64,000 bases of DNA from Candidatus Sulfomarinibacteraceae bacterium (GTDB lineage: Bacteria > Acidobacteriota > Thermoanaerobaculia > Thermoanaerobaculales > Sulfomarinibacteraceae): NCBI GenBank assembly GCA_963714885.1, contig CAVQQV010000034.1, forward strand, positions 8,702 through 72,701, written 5' to 3'. Both the position numbers and the translations under genes were made by a program. Below the pieces are notes generated by a model. It was not told where the DNA came from and made no database searches. It saw nothing but the letters and a program-made list of their open reading frames with translations. Below are positions 37,523-47,958 of this stretch, piece after piece; the first letter of the stretch is position 1; each line of letters starts with the position of its first letter.

Positions 37523-39316
37523 GTGCAGCTCATCTCGATCGACTGGATCGTCATCGCCCTGTGCCTCGCAGCGGCCGTTGCGCCGGCGGTCTTTTTTGCG
37601 CGGCGGGCCAGCACGGGAACCGCGGAGTTCTTCGCCTCCGGCCGATCCGCACCGTGGTGGTTGATCGGCACCTCCATGGTGGCGACCACCTTTTCCACCG
37701 ACACTCCGAATCTGGTGACCGATTTCGTGCGCACCAAGGGCGTGTCGATGAACTGGGCGTGGTGGGCCTTTCTGCTCACCGGGATGCTGACGGTGTTCTT
37801 CTACGCCCGGATGTGGCGCCGCTCCGGGGTCCTCACCGATCTCGAGTTTTACGAACTCCGGTACTCGGGGCGGTCGGCCGCCTTTGTGCGCGGTTTCCGG
37901 GCGGTGTATCTGGGCCTGTTCTTCAACTGCGCCATCATGGCGTCGGTGACTCTGGCCGCGGTCAAGATCGCCAACGTCATGCTCGGCTGGAGCCGCCTCC
38001 AAACGGTCATTGTCTGTGGTCTCATCTGCATCGTGTTCTCGGCCATTGCGGGGCTGTGGGGCGTGCTCGCGTCGGACCTTGTCCAGTTCTGCCATCGCCA
38101 TGGTCGGAGTTGTCGCCGCGGCGTACGTGGCGTTGTCGCAGCCACAGGTCGGCGGCCTGAGTGGGTTGGTGACGAAGCTCGACCCCGCGACGTTGCGGTT
38201 GTTGCCCGACTTCTCTGACTGGGGGCTGACGCTGACGGTCCTGGTCATACCACTCACCATCCAGTGGTGGTCGGTGTGGTACCCGGGCGCGGAGCCCGGC
38301 GGCGGCTCCTACATCGCACAGACGGATGCTGGCGGCGAAGGACGAAAAGAACGCCATGGCCGCGACCCTGTGGTTCAATATCGCCCACTACGCCTTGCGA
38401 CCGTGGCCGTGGATCATCGTTGCCCTGTGCTCGATGCTGGTCTTCCCGACCCTGGCAGACATCAAAACTGCCTTGCCCCACGTGTCCGATGATCTCATTG
38501 GCAACGACCTCGCCTATCCGGCCATGCTGACGTTGTTGCCGGCCGGGCTGCTCGGTTTGTTGGTGGCCTCTCTGCTGTCGGCCTATGTCTCGACGATGTC
38601 CACCCACCTCAACTGGGGCTGCTCCTATCTGGTCCACGACTTCTACCGTCGATTCCTCAGGCCGGATGCCTCGGAGAAACACCTCGTGTGGTTGTCGAGG
38701 GTGATCACGGCGCTCTTGATGGTGGTCTCAGGGGCGACGGTATTTCTGTTGTCGACCGCCGGTGAGGCCTTCCAGCTGCTGCTTTCGATCGGCGCCGGAA
38801 CAGGTCTGATCTATCTCTTGCGGTGGTTCTGGTGGCGGATCAATGCGTGGTCGGAGATCGCCGCCATGGCGGCGTCGTTCACCATCGCCTTTTCGCTCTT
38901 CGTTGCGCGCAAAGTCAGGGCTCGAAATGTCGTCCGACGCGGCCCTCGTGTGGTCGGTGGTTTTGACGACCCTGGTCTGGGTGGCGCGTGACCTTCTTGA
39001 CGAAGCCGACGGACACCGAGACCCTGCGTGTCGTTTTATCGCAAGGTACGGCCTGCGGGTCGCAGGCTGGGCAAAGGTCGTCGGAACCGAAAAAGTTGTC
39101 GGACCTCGTGACAACCTTTCACTGGCGATTCTGGGCTGGGTTTTTGGCTGTACCTTCGTCTATTCGGCGCTCTTTGGCACCGGCGCCCTGTTGTATGGGC
39201 AGACCCTGCAAGGAGCGGTGTGTTTGACGGTGACCGTTGCCGCCGGTATCGGCTTGGCCCGGGTCGTACCAAAAATTTGGCGGGACGAGAGCCTTCCAAA
39301 GGAGGGCCGGGTTTGA
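37523..39316 (+). pseudogene. Sodium:solute symporter family transporter, six frame changes
   Basis: GTG 37523 is preceded by GGAG. Segments in frame order 2>0>1>2>0>1>2: MQLISIDWIVIALCL..FFASGRSAPWWLIGTSMVATTFSTDTPNLV..ASDLVQF / AIAMVGVVAAAYV..WWSVWYPGAEPGGGSYIAQ / RMLAAKDEKNAMAATLWFNIAHYALRPWPW..FSLFVARKV / GLEMSSDAALVWSVVLTTLVWVA / VTFLTKPTDTETLR / FYRKVRPAG / GWAKVVGTEK..KIWRDESLPKEGRV*. Junctions are at ~38090, ~38321, ~38917, ~38987, ~39031 and ~39060. Confidence 0.8.
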
Positions 39317-40716
39317 AGCTTCGCCACCCTCCGACTCTCGATCCCGATTTCATGCCGGCGGAAATCTGGAATCGAGAGTATGAGGCCCGGGTTGCGGGTG
39401 ATCCCGGGAGCCGGACGGTGGGCGTCGCCCTGGTCAGACCCGACGGAACTGTGTTTCGCCACGAGGTGCGGGTGCTGCCGCACGAGGGTGACAACGTGGC
39501 GGCGAACGTCCGTTTTCTCGAGCGAGCCGTCAAGTTCTGGTTGTGGACCGAGGGTGGATCGGGGATCGTCATCGGTGGACACGATGCCCTGGCGCGGGAT
39601 ATTTCTCGAATCTACAGACCGCAAGGCCCACGGGCGTTCGACTGTGATGTGGTCGCGCGGCGGATATACCTCGAACCCATGACCGTGACTTCGATGAGTC
39701 TCGAGCACCTGCCGGCGAGCCGGACCTCTTCGGTGTCGCTCGGCGGTCACCTCGATGGATGTCGCCTGGGGTTCGACCTCGGCGGCAGCGACCGCAAATG
39801 CGCCGCTGTCGTCGACGGCCGGGTGGTGCACTCGGAGGAAGTGGCGTGGAATCCCTACTTCGAATCCGACCCGCAGTACCACTTCGACGGCATCATGGAT
39901 TCGTTGAGCCGTGTCGCCGTCCACCTCCCCCGGGTGGACGCCATCGGCGGCAGCGCGGCGGGTGTGTATGTGGACAATGAGCCGCGGGTCGGGTCATTGT
40001 TTCGCGGCATTTCGGATGCCGATTTCGATGTCGGGATCCGCCCCCTGTTCCGGCGCCTCCGCGAGGCGTGGGGCGGTGTGCCGTTCGAGGTGGTCAATGA
40101 CGGCGAGGTGACGGCCCTGGCGGCGTCCTTGAAGCTCGATGTCCGGGCACCGCTCGGCATCGCCATGGGCACCAGCCTGGCTTCGGGCTACTGCGACATC
40201 GACGGGCACATCACCCCGCAGCTCAACGAGCTCGCGTTCGCACCGGTGGACTATCGCGAGGACGGGCCGGTGGACGAGTGGTCGGGTGATATCGGCTGCG
40301 GCTCCCAGTACTTTTCGCAGCAGGCTGTGGCGCGGCTCGCACCGCTGGCGGGAATCGAGCTGCCGGACGAAATGCCGTTTGCCGAAAGACTGGCCGAGGT
40401 GCAGTCTTTGATGCAGCAGGGAGACCATCGGGGCCGGCAGGTATTCGAGACTATCGGGTGCTATCTCGGGTACTCGATCCCGTGGTTCGCGCGGTGGTAC
40501 GACATCGAGAACATCCTGATCCTCGGTCGTGTCACGTCGGGTCCGGGCGGTGAGGTCATCATCGATACTGCGAACCGGGTGGTGCGCGACGAGTTTCCAG
40601 AGAGGGCGGGGATCCGGCTGTTGACTCCCGACGAAAAATTCAAACGCCACGGCCAGGCCATCGCGGCGGCCAGCCTGCCGCGGATCGATGACTGGGAGAA
40701 GCCCATATGCAACTGA
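39313..40716 (+). CDS. ROK/ASKHA-fold sugar-kinase-like protein with a ~165-aa N-terminal extension
   Basis: TTG 39313 overlaps the symporter stop (TTGA) and follows GGAGG. An alternative start is ATG 39352. The ASKHA core starts at CRLGFDLGGSDRKCAAV, followed by AIGGSAAGVYV, VVNDGEVTALAA and GIAMGTSLASGY. The preceding ~165 aa have no motif I recognise. Confidence 0.65.
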   Translation: MKLRHPPTLDPDFMPAEIWNREYEARVAGDPGSRTVGVALVRPDGTVFRHEVRVLPHEGDNVAANVRFLERAVKFWLWTEGGSGIVIGGHDALARDISRIYRPQGPRAFDCDVVARRIYLEPMTVTSMSLEHLPASRTSSVSLGGHLDGCRLGFDLGGSDRKCAAVVDGRVVHSEEVAWNPYFESDPQYHFDGIMDSLSRVAVHLPRVDAIGGSAAGVYVDNEPRVGSLFRGISDADFDVGIRPLFRRLREAWGGVPFEVVNDGEVTALAASLKLDVRAPLGIAMGTSLASGYCDIDGHITPQLNELAFAPVDYREDGPVDEWSGDIGCGSQYFSQQAVARLAPLAGIELPDEMPFAERLAEVQSLMQQGDHRGRQVFETIGCYLGYSIPWFARWYDIENILILGRVTSGPGGEVIIDTANRVVRDEFPERAGIRLLTPDEKFKRHGQAIAAASLPRIDDWEKPICN

Positions 40717-41566
40717 AGAACCCTGATGCTGACGTTTTTGTCCCGGATGGGTCGAGTCTGACCGAGGCCCTGGCCACGAACCACCCATCTGGCGGTCGGT
40801 GCGCACCAGGACGACATCGAGTTCATGGCCCTGCACGGCATTCTCAGCTGTTTTGGTCGGTCCGACCTCTGGTTCAGCGGCATTACCGATCACCCACGGC
40901 GGCGGCAGTCCACGAAGCGGGCCGTACGAGCAGTACTCTGACGAGGAGATGCGCGGGGTGAGGGCCGCCGAACAACGGAAGGCCGCGCTGATCGGAGACT
41001 ACGCCTGCCAGGTCCAGCTCGGGTTCCCGAGCTCCGTTGTCAAGGACGGTTCGAACGACGAGGTGACTGTCTTCCTCAAGGCTCTCTTCGAGGGCGCTGT
41101 TCCTGAGGTGGTGTACCTCCACAATCCGGCCGACAAGCACGACACCCATGTGGCGTGCTTTCTGCGGTCTCTCGATGCGCTCCGCATGCTCCCCCGAGAT
41201 GTCCGTCCGAAAAAGGTTTACGGCTGCGAGGTGTGGCGAGGCCTCGATTGGCTGTTCGATGACGACAAGCAGGCTCTCGAACTGCCTGATCGGGACAATA
41301 TCGCAGAGGCGCTGTGCGGCGTTTTCGATTCGCAGATCTCGGGCGGCAAGAGGTACGATCTTGCGGTTCGCGGCCGCCATGTCGCCAACGCGACCTTTCA
41401 CGAGTCACACGAAGTGGATCGGCAGGAAAAGCTCAGCTTCGCCATGGATCTGACACCCCTGATGGAGGACGATGCCGTGACCGCCGCCGATTTCACACTC
41501 GCCCTCCTGCGACGGTTCAAGGACGACGTCACCGACCGGATTGTCAGGATGAACCGGGGTTCGTGA
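40707..41566 (+). pseudogene. PIG-L/LmbE-family (GlcNAc-type) deacetylase, two frame changes near the 5' end
   Basis: Segments in frame order 0>1>2: MQLKNPDADVFVPDGSSLTEALA / RTTHLAVGAHQDDIEFMALHGILSCFGRSDLWFSGIT / ITHGGGSPRSGPYEQYSDEEM..VVYLHNPADKHDTHVA... AHxDD and the HxxH-type region are PIG-L hallmarks. Junctions are at ~40777 and ~40888. Confidence 0.7.
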
Positions 41567-41589
41567 CCCGGCACAAAGGTCCGGTCACG
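41562..41589. terminator. Possible bidirectional hairpin between convergent genes (no T-tract)
   Basis: cgtgacc(c)gg (41562-41571) pairs with ccggtcacg (41581-41589), giving 9 bp with one bulge and a 9-nt loop. The stem spans both stop codons (TGA 41564-66 and tca 41585-87). No U-run follows, so the call is weak. Confidence 0.25.
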
Positions 41590-42463
41590 TGGCTGCGATC
41601 GGGGAAAGTCTGCTCTCCGAGACCATCTTTCTCGGAACCAAGAGCGCCACCAGAACCCAGGCGTGGACGATCGAGTCGGCGGTGATCTCCAGCCCGTGGA
41701 CAATGCGCATCGTCATGGGCAACCAGCTGGCTTCGATCATGCCCACGACGCCGACCATAGCTGTCAGGCCGGCGGCGAGGGCAACCATCAATCCGCGGCG
41801 GGACCCCGACCAGCTCATGAGGATCGGGATGGTGACGAGGAGAAAGAACAGACTGCGAAGCGTGACCGCGCCGAGTATGATGCCCTGGCTGGGCACCACG
41901 AGGCCGAGCTCACCCCCCTCGTAGAAATCTGCGACACTCCAGTAGATCAGGGCGCCGAAAAAGTGGTAAATGATCGGGAAGGCCAGCCACGCGAGGGCTG
42001 CACGCCACCACCACGCCGACGCCGGGCGGTCGCTGAAAACCGTTTCTATGGCGGCGGACTCGACGGATGGTCCGACGAGGAATGCGGCCGCCCCTGCGAC
42101 CAGCGCACACGGGACAATGAAGAAGACGAGCATCGTGTCAGCGTGCCCCATGGTGGTGAACACGAACCCCTCGATCTGATTGTTGACGCAGAAAGAAATG
42201 TAGATGAAAACGAAGAGGATCAAGGTGCGGGTCGGTGCCGAACCACGGATCCCCAGGGCAAGCAGGTAGACGGCTCCTGCAAGGACGAGAGCGGCGACGA
42301 AACTGAGCAGGGGATTGTACGACTGCCCGGGAAAATTCGGGAACTCCATACCCAGACCCATGATCATCGCTCCGCTGATCATTGTGGCGATGAAGTAGGC
42401 TGTGGCGATCAGCGGGACCTTCCACAGCCAGGCGGTATTTCGGCGGTCGATGGCGGGACTCAT
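41585..42463 (-). CDS. Polytopic integral membrane protein of unknown function (PadR-linked)
   Basis: 292 aa with ~8 hydrophobic helices. It starts 12 nt after the PadR stop, so it is likely co-transcribed. Confidence 0.6.
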   Translation of the reverse strand: MSPAIDRRNTAWLWKVPLIATAYFIATMISGAMIMGLGMEFPNFPGQSYNPLLSFVAALVLAGAVYLLALGIRGSAPTRTLILFVFIYISFCVNNQIEGFVFTTMGHADTMLVFFIVPCALVAGAAAFLVGPSVESAAIETVFSDRPASAWWWRAALAWLAFPIIYHFFGALIYWSVADFYEGGELGLVVPSQGIILGAVTLRSLFFLLVTIPILMSWSGSRRGLMVALAAGLTAMVGVVGMIEASWLPMTMRIVHGLEITADSIVHAWVLVALLVPRKMVSESRLSPIAAT

Positions 42464-42475
42464 GTCAGAACCTCC

Positions 42476-43036
42476 TCACTTCTTTTCGACGATTGACAGT
42501 TCGGCGATGGCTCGCGTCGCCCAACGGGTGCTGCCCGCGTAGCTCTCGATGCCGTGGTCGAGCGCCAGCCGACCGCACGGCGATAAGTGCTCTCGCATCG
42601 ACACGCGGAGCCCTTCGAGATGGCGGAGGTATTTCTGCGCTTCGTTTCTGAACTCGTCGAGAAAGCACAGCGCCTGGCCGATCCCGAGACGCTCGATAAA
42701 GGCGAAGCGGAGCATCACGGAATCGAAGTGCCAGATCAGGTCCTCGTGGGTGACCGTCTTTTCGAGTTCGGCGTTGAGTACGGCGTCGCCCTTTTCTGTG
42801 ATGGAGTAGACCAGCCGAGGCCTCAGGGAATCGGGGTTGTCCGTCTCACTAGTGACCCACCCCTTTTTTTCCAGGGCCTTGAGGGCGGGGTAGATCGCCC
42901 CAGGGCTCGAGGAAAAATTCCCCATCGGCGTCGTTTCAAAGACCTTTTTGAGGTCGTACCCCGACTGCGGATGCATGGCGATGAGACCGAGGATGGCGAG
43001 CCGCAGCGGGGTCAGGGGAGTGTCGGCGTTATTCAT
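42476..43036 (-). CDS. PadR-family transcriptional regulator
   Basis: ATG 43036. LRLAILGLIAMHPQSGYDLKKVF...PGAIYPALKALEKKGWV..RLVYSITEKG is the PadR winged-helix signature. The track start (TTG 43072) coincides with a TTGACA -35 box and is rejected. Confidence 0.85.
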   Translation of the reverse strand: MNNADTPLTPLRLAILGLIAMHPQSGYDLKKVFETTPMGNFSSSPGAIYPALKALEKKGWVTSETDNPDSLRPRLVYSITEKGDAVLNAELEKTVTHEDLIWHFDSVMLRFAFIERLGIGQALCFLDEFRNEAQKYLRHLEGLRVSMREHLSPCGRLALDHGIESYAGSTRWATRAIAELSIVEKK

Positions 43037-43072
43037 ACGAATAGATATAATACGATTCGTACTATTTGTCAA
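43036..43072 (-). promoter_or_regulatory. Putative padR promoter and operator; likely leaderless transcript
   Basis: The minus strand reads TTGACA (43072-43067), 17 nt, TATATC (43049-43044), 7 nt, ATG (43036). The inverted repeat TACGAAT-N12-ATTCGTA (43036-43042 and 43055-43061) overlaps the -10 and spacer. The region is locally AT-rich in an otherwise GC-rich window. Confidence 0.4.
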
Positions 43073-43139
43073 GGGCGAGCGGTTCTTGGCCCAAAAGGAG
43101 CTGGGCTAGAATCATTTTCTATTCAGACGGAGAAGGCAC

Positions 43140-45656
43140 ATGAACACGACCTGGTTCGTCGCGGCCGGATTGATGATTGGAGTGCTGGCGCTCGTTGGTT
43201 GCGGTTCGTCGGAAAACGAGGTGCCCGCACCGATGCCGGTGGTTCACCCCGACATCTGGCCGGCGCTCTCGAGTCCGATGGGCTTCGACCCCGATGTCGA
43301 AGAGAGGATTGACGCTCTCCTTGCCCAGATGTCGGTGGAGGACAAGGTGGGGCAGGTGGTCCAGGGCGAGATCCGCCACCTGACGCCGGAGGATGTTCGC
43401 CAGTATCGTCTCGGATCGGTCCTCAACGGCGGCGGCGTGCAGCCGGGAAACGTCCGCCGGGCGGCCCCGGGGGATTGGCTGGCTTTGGCCGACGCCTTCT
43501 GGGAAGCGTCGATGGACACCTCGGACGGAGGTTTCGCGATTCCCGTGATCTGGGGAACCGACGCGGTCCACGGTCACGCCAACGTGATCGGTGCGACCAT
43601 CTTTCCACAAAACATAGGTCTCGGCGCCACCCGCGACCCGGAGCTGATTCGCGAGATCGGCCGGGTCACCGCCACCGAAATGGCGGTGACCGGTCTCGAT
43701 TGGGATTTCTCGCCGACCGTCGCTGTGGTCCGGGACGACCGCTGGGGGCGGACCTACGAGGGTTGGTCCGAAGACCCCGAGATCGCCGGCTCCTATGCTG
43801 GCGCCATGATCACCGGGCTGCAGGGCGCAGTCGGTTCGGGAAATTTCCTCGACGGTCACCACGTCATCGGTTGTGCCAAACACTTCCTGGGCGACGGCGG
43901 CACCTTCCAGGGAATCGACCAGGGTGACACTCTCTGCAGCGAGGCCGAGCTGCGAGACGTCCACGCCGCCGGGTACGTCTCGGCGCTCGAAGCCGGCGTG
44001 CAGACAGTAATGGTCTCGTTCTCCAGCTGGCACGGCCGCAAGCTGCACGGCTTTCCCGAGCTCGTGACGGACGTTCTCAAGGGCCGGATGGGATTCGACG
44101 GGTTTGTCGTCGGCGACTGGAACGCTCACGGCCAACTGGAGGGATGCGCCAACGACAGCTGCCCGGATGCTTTCAACGCCGGAATCGACATGTTCATGGT
44201 TCCCGAGGACTGGAAGGCGCTGCACGCAAACACCGTCGCCCAGGTACGGTCGGGGGAGATCGCGATGTCGCGTCTCAACGACGCCGTGCGCCGTATCCTC
44301 AGGGTCAAGATGCGGGCCGGTTTATTCGAGCGCGGCAAACCCTCGAGCCGGCCGTTGGCCGGCAGGACGGAATTGCTCGGCTCCGCCGAGCACCGGGCGG
44401 TGGCACGGCGTGCAGTTCGGGAATCCCTGGTGCTGCTCAAGAACGACGGCGGACTGTTGCCCCTGGCGCGGGCGCAGAAGGTGCTGGTGGCCGGCGACGG
44501 CGCCGACAACATCGGCAAGCAGTGCGGCGGATGGACCGTCACCTGGCAGGGCACCGACACCACCAATCAGGACTTTCCTCAAGGTTCGTCGATCTGGGAC
44601 GGGATTCGAGACCTGGTGGATGGAGCCGGCGGCATGGCGGTGCTGTCGGTTGACGGGAGCTTTGACACCCCGCCGGACGTAGCTGTTGTCGTCTTCGGCG
44701 AGGACCCCTACGCAGAGTATCAGGGGGACCGGGAGAGTCTCGAATACGGTCTCACACGACCTCGGGACGTGATGCTGTTGCGGCAACTTGCCGCCAAGGG
44801 CATCCCTGTGGTGTCAGTTTTCCTTTCGGGCCGGCCGCTGTGGATCAACCCTGAGCTCAACGCCTCGGACGCCTTCGTGGCGGCCTGGCTGCCAGGTTCG
44901 GAGGGCGCCGGAGTGGCGGACGTGGTTTTCCGTGCCGCCGACGGCTCCATCGGACACGACTTCAAGGGCACCCTATCGTACTCGTGGCCCAGGACGGCTA
45001 CCCAGACGCCGCTCAACCGCGGCGATTCGGAATACGATCCCCTTTTCCCCTATGGATTCGGTCTCACGTACGCGGATTTCGGCGACCTCGCCACGCTGCC
45101 CGAGGACTCTGGAGTGGCAACCCCCGACCTCAGCCGAACCGTCTATTTCAGGGGTGGCCCGGTGGCGCCGTGGCGGCTGTTCATCGGAGACGAACACAAC
45201 TGGGCGGTCGAGGCGGGTGGCGGACAGACATCGACGTGGGACCGCGACAACCTGGTGGTCAATACTGTCGATCGGGAGGTTCAGGAGGACGCCCGCGTGG
45301 CGCGGTGGGCGGGCTACGATTTTGCTCACCTCTACCTTGAAGCCGCGACTGCGATCGATCTGACCCGGCAATCCGAAGGCTGCATGGCTATAGCCTGTGA
45401 CCTGATGATCGAAGAGCCACCGAGCTCTCCGGTCTTGCTGGGCATGCGTTGCGGTGAAGATTGCGAAGGCCATGTCGACATCACTGAAATGCTGACAAGC
45501 ATGCCGCCGGCCACATGGCAGACGATCGTAGTCCCACTCCGCGACCTGGCGGATGCGGGTCTCGACCTGGGGCACGTCACGACGCCGTTCGTGTTGGCGA
45601 CAGAAGGCAGCCTCGTCCTTCGTTTTTCGGACATCCGACTGGTGCCTTGCGGGTGA
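43140..45656 (+). CDS. GH3 exo-beta-glucosidase (glucan 1,4-beta-glucosidase type) lipoprotein with extra C-terminal domain
   Basis: Lipobox ALVGCGS. KVGQVVQGEI, LGSVLNGGG, IWGTDAVHGHANV.GATIFPQNIGLGATRDP, SPTVAVVRDDRWGRTYEGWSEDP and FVVGDWNAHGQL (nucleophile D). A ~200-aa extra domain follows the (alpha/beta)6 sandwich. Confidence 0.85.
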   Translation: MNTTWFVAAGLMIGVLALVGCGSSENEVPAPMPVVHPDIWPALSSPMGFDPDVEERIDALLAQMSVEDKVGQVVQGEIRHLTPEDVRQYRLGSVLNGGGVQPGNVRRAAPGDWLALADAFWEASMDTSDGGFAIPVIWGTDAVHGHANVIGATIFPQNIGLGATRDPELIREIGRVTATEMAVTGLDWDFSPTVAVVRDDRWGRTYEGWSEDPEIAGSYAGAMITGLQGAVGSGNFLDGHHVIGCAKHFLGDGGTFQGIDQGDTLCSEAELRDVHAAGYVSALEAGVQTVMVSFSSWHGRKLHGFPELVTDVLKGRMGFDGFVVGDWNAHGQLEGCANDSCPDAFNAGIDMFMVPEDWKALHANTVAQVRSGEIAMSRLNDAVRRILRVKMRAGLFERGKPSSRPLAGRTELLGSAEHRAVARRAVRESLVLLKNDGGLLPLARAQKVLVAGDGADNIGKQCGGWTVTWQGTDTTNQDFPQGSSIWDGIRDLVDGAGGMAVLSVDGSFDTPPDVAVVVFGEDPYAEYQGDRESLEYGLTRPRDVMLLRQLAAKGIPVVSVFLSGRPLWINPELNASDAFVAAWLPGSEGAGVADVVFRAADGSIGHDFKGTLSYSWPRTATQTPLNRGDSEYDPLFPYGFGLTYADFGDLATLPEDSGVATPDLSRTVYFRGGPVAPWRLFIGDEHNWAVEAGGGQTSTWDRDNLVVNTVDREVQEDARVARWAGYDFAHLYLEAATAIDLTRQSEGCMAIACDLMIEEPPSSPVLLGMRCGEDCEGHVDITEMLTSMPPATWQTIVVPLRDLADAGLDLGHVTTPFVLATEGSLVLRFSDIRLVPCG

Positions 45657-45665
45657 TAACGTTCG

Positions 45666-46670
<1,005 letters not shown>

Positions 46671-46773
46671 GGGTCCCTCCAGACGTACGGGATGGACGTG
46701 GGGGTGTGTTCCAGGGAATCATCTCACATCCGCAGCTGGTATTCTGAACTCCGAAATCGAAGAGGGGGCACCG

Positions 46774-47958
46774 ATGAGAACTCTTTTCCAGCTCGTTGCG
46801 TTGGTTGCATTCTCCGTTTCGGTCTGGGGTTGTGGACCGATGAAAGAACCTGCGGCAGAGCCCGACATTTTCGCCACCCGCAACGTGCTCTCCGCGATGG
46901 AGAGGGCCTTCGATTGGCAGATTGAACACATCGTCTACTCGGCACCTCTGCCCGATGGAGGCTTTCAAGACGTCAGCGACACCGAATGGGTTCGGGGAGC
47001 TTTCTATGCCGGTGTGGCGGCGGCTGCCGATGCCACAGAGAACCCGAAATACAGGGACGCTGTACGAGCGATCGGCGAGAAGAACGGCTGGCAGCCCGGA
47101 CCGCGGCCGCGGCACGCCGACGACCACTGTATTGCGCAGGCCTACACGAGGTTGTATCTGAGCGAGCCGGAGCCGGTCATGATCGAGGCCACGGCCTCGA
47201 GGTTCGACGACATGATTGCCGAGCCGCGGCCGGCCGCCGAGGTGGGCTGGTCGGAGGACGACAACTGGTCGTGGTGTGACGCGCTGTTCATGGCGCCGCC
47301 CACCATGGCTCTTGTGAGCGCGGCCACCGGCGAGGAGCGTTACCTGGATCTCATGAACACAATGTGGTGGGAAACCTACGACTACCTCTACGATTCCGAG
47401 GAGCATCTGTGGTATCGGGACGGCCGCTACGTGATTCAGGAGGACGGGTCGGGCCCTCGAACGCCCAACAGCGCCAAGGTTTTCTGGTCACGGGGAAACG
47501 GGTGGGTTTTTGCCGGGCTCGCGTTGGTACTTCAATACATGCCTGCTGACTATCCCGATCGGCCACGATATGAGGTTCTTTTTCAGGACATGGCCGAGGC
47601 CGTGATCCGGGTTCAGGGGTCCGATGGTCTGTGGCGGTCGAGCCTGCTCGACCCGGACGAGTACCCGATCCCGGAATCTAGCGGCACCGGATTCTTCACA
47701 TTCGGTCTCGCCTGGGGCGTCAACAACGGTCTCCTCGTCGAAGAGGAGATGCTGGCGGCTGCGCGCCGCGGCTGGCAAGGATTGGTCTGGGCGCAGCAGC
47801 CGGACGGGCGGCTCGGTTGGGTTCAGCAGATCGGTTACGACCCACGTTCGGTGTCGGCCGACGACAGCATGGAGTACGGAACCGGAGCCTTCCTGCTCGC
47901 CGGCAGCGAGATGCTCAAGCTCGCGGGTCAGTCGTCCTCCGCGAATCCTGTTGAGTAA
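46774..47958 (+). CDS. GH105 (Glyco_hydro_88) unsaturated rhamnogalacturonyl/glucuronyl hydrolase-like lipoprotein
   Basis: ATG 46774 follows AGAGGGGG. Lipobox-like SVSVWGCG. WSWCDALFMAPPT, LWYRDGRY, FWSRGNGWVFAGLA and GTGAFLLAGSEM are typical of the YteR/YesR family. Confidence 0.75.
   Translation: MRTLFQLVALVAFSVSVWGCGPMKEPAAEPDIFATRNVLSAMERAFDWQIEHIVYSAPLPDGGFQDVSDTEWVRGAFYAGVAAAADATENPKYRDAVRAIGEKNGWQPGPRPRHADDHCIAQAYTRLYLSEPEPVMIEATASRFDDMIAEPRPAAEVGWSEDDNWSWCDALFMAPPTMALVSAATGEERYLDLMNTMWWETYDYLYDSEEHLWYRDGRYVIQEDGSGPRTPNSAKVFWSRGNGWVFAGLALVLQYMPADYPDRPRYEVLFQDMAEAVIRVQGSDGLWRSSLLDPDEYPIPESSGTGFFTFGLAWGVNNGLLVEEEMLAAARRGWQGLVWAQQPDGRLGWVQQIGYDPRSVSADDSMEYGTGAFLLAGSEMLKLAGQSSSANPVE

Noticed and set aside
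11805-39316. Programmed ribosomal frameshifting or transcriptional slippage as an explanation for the frame changes
   Set aside because: There are up to six changes per gene, in unrelated gene families and on both strands. There is no shared slippery heptamer and no downstream structure at the junctions I examined.
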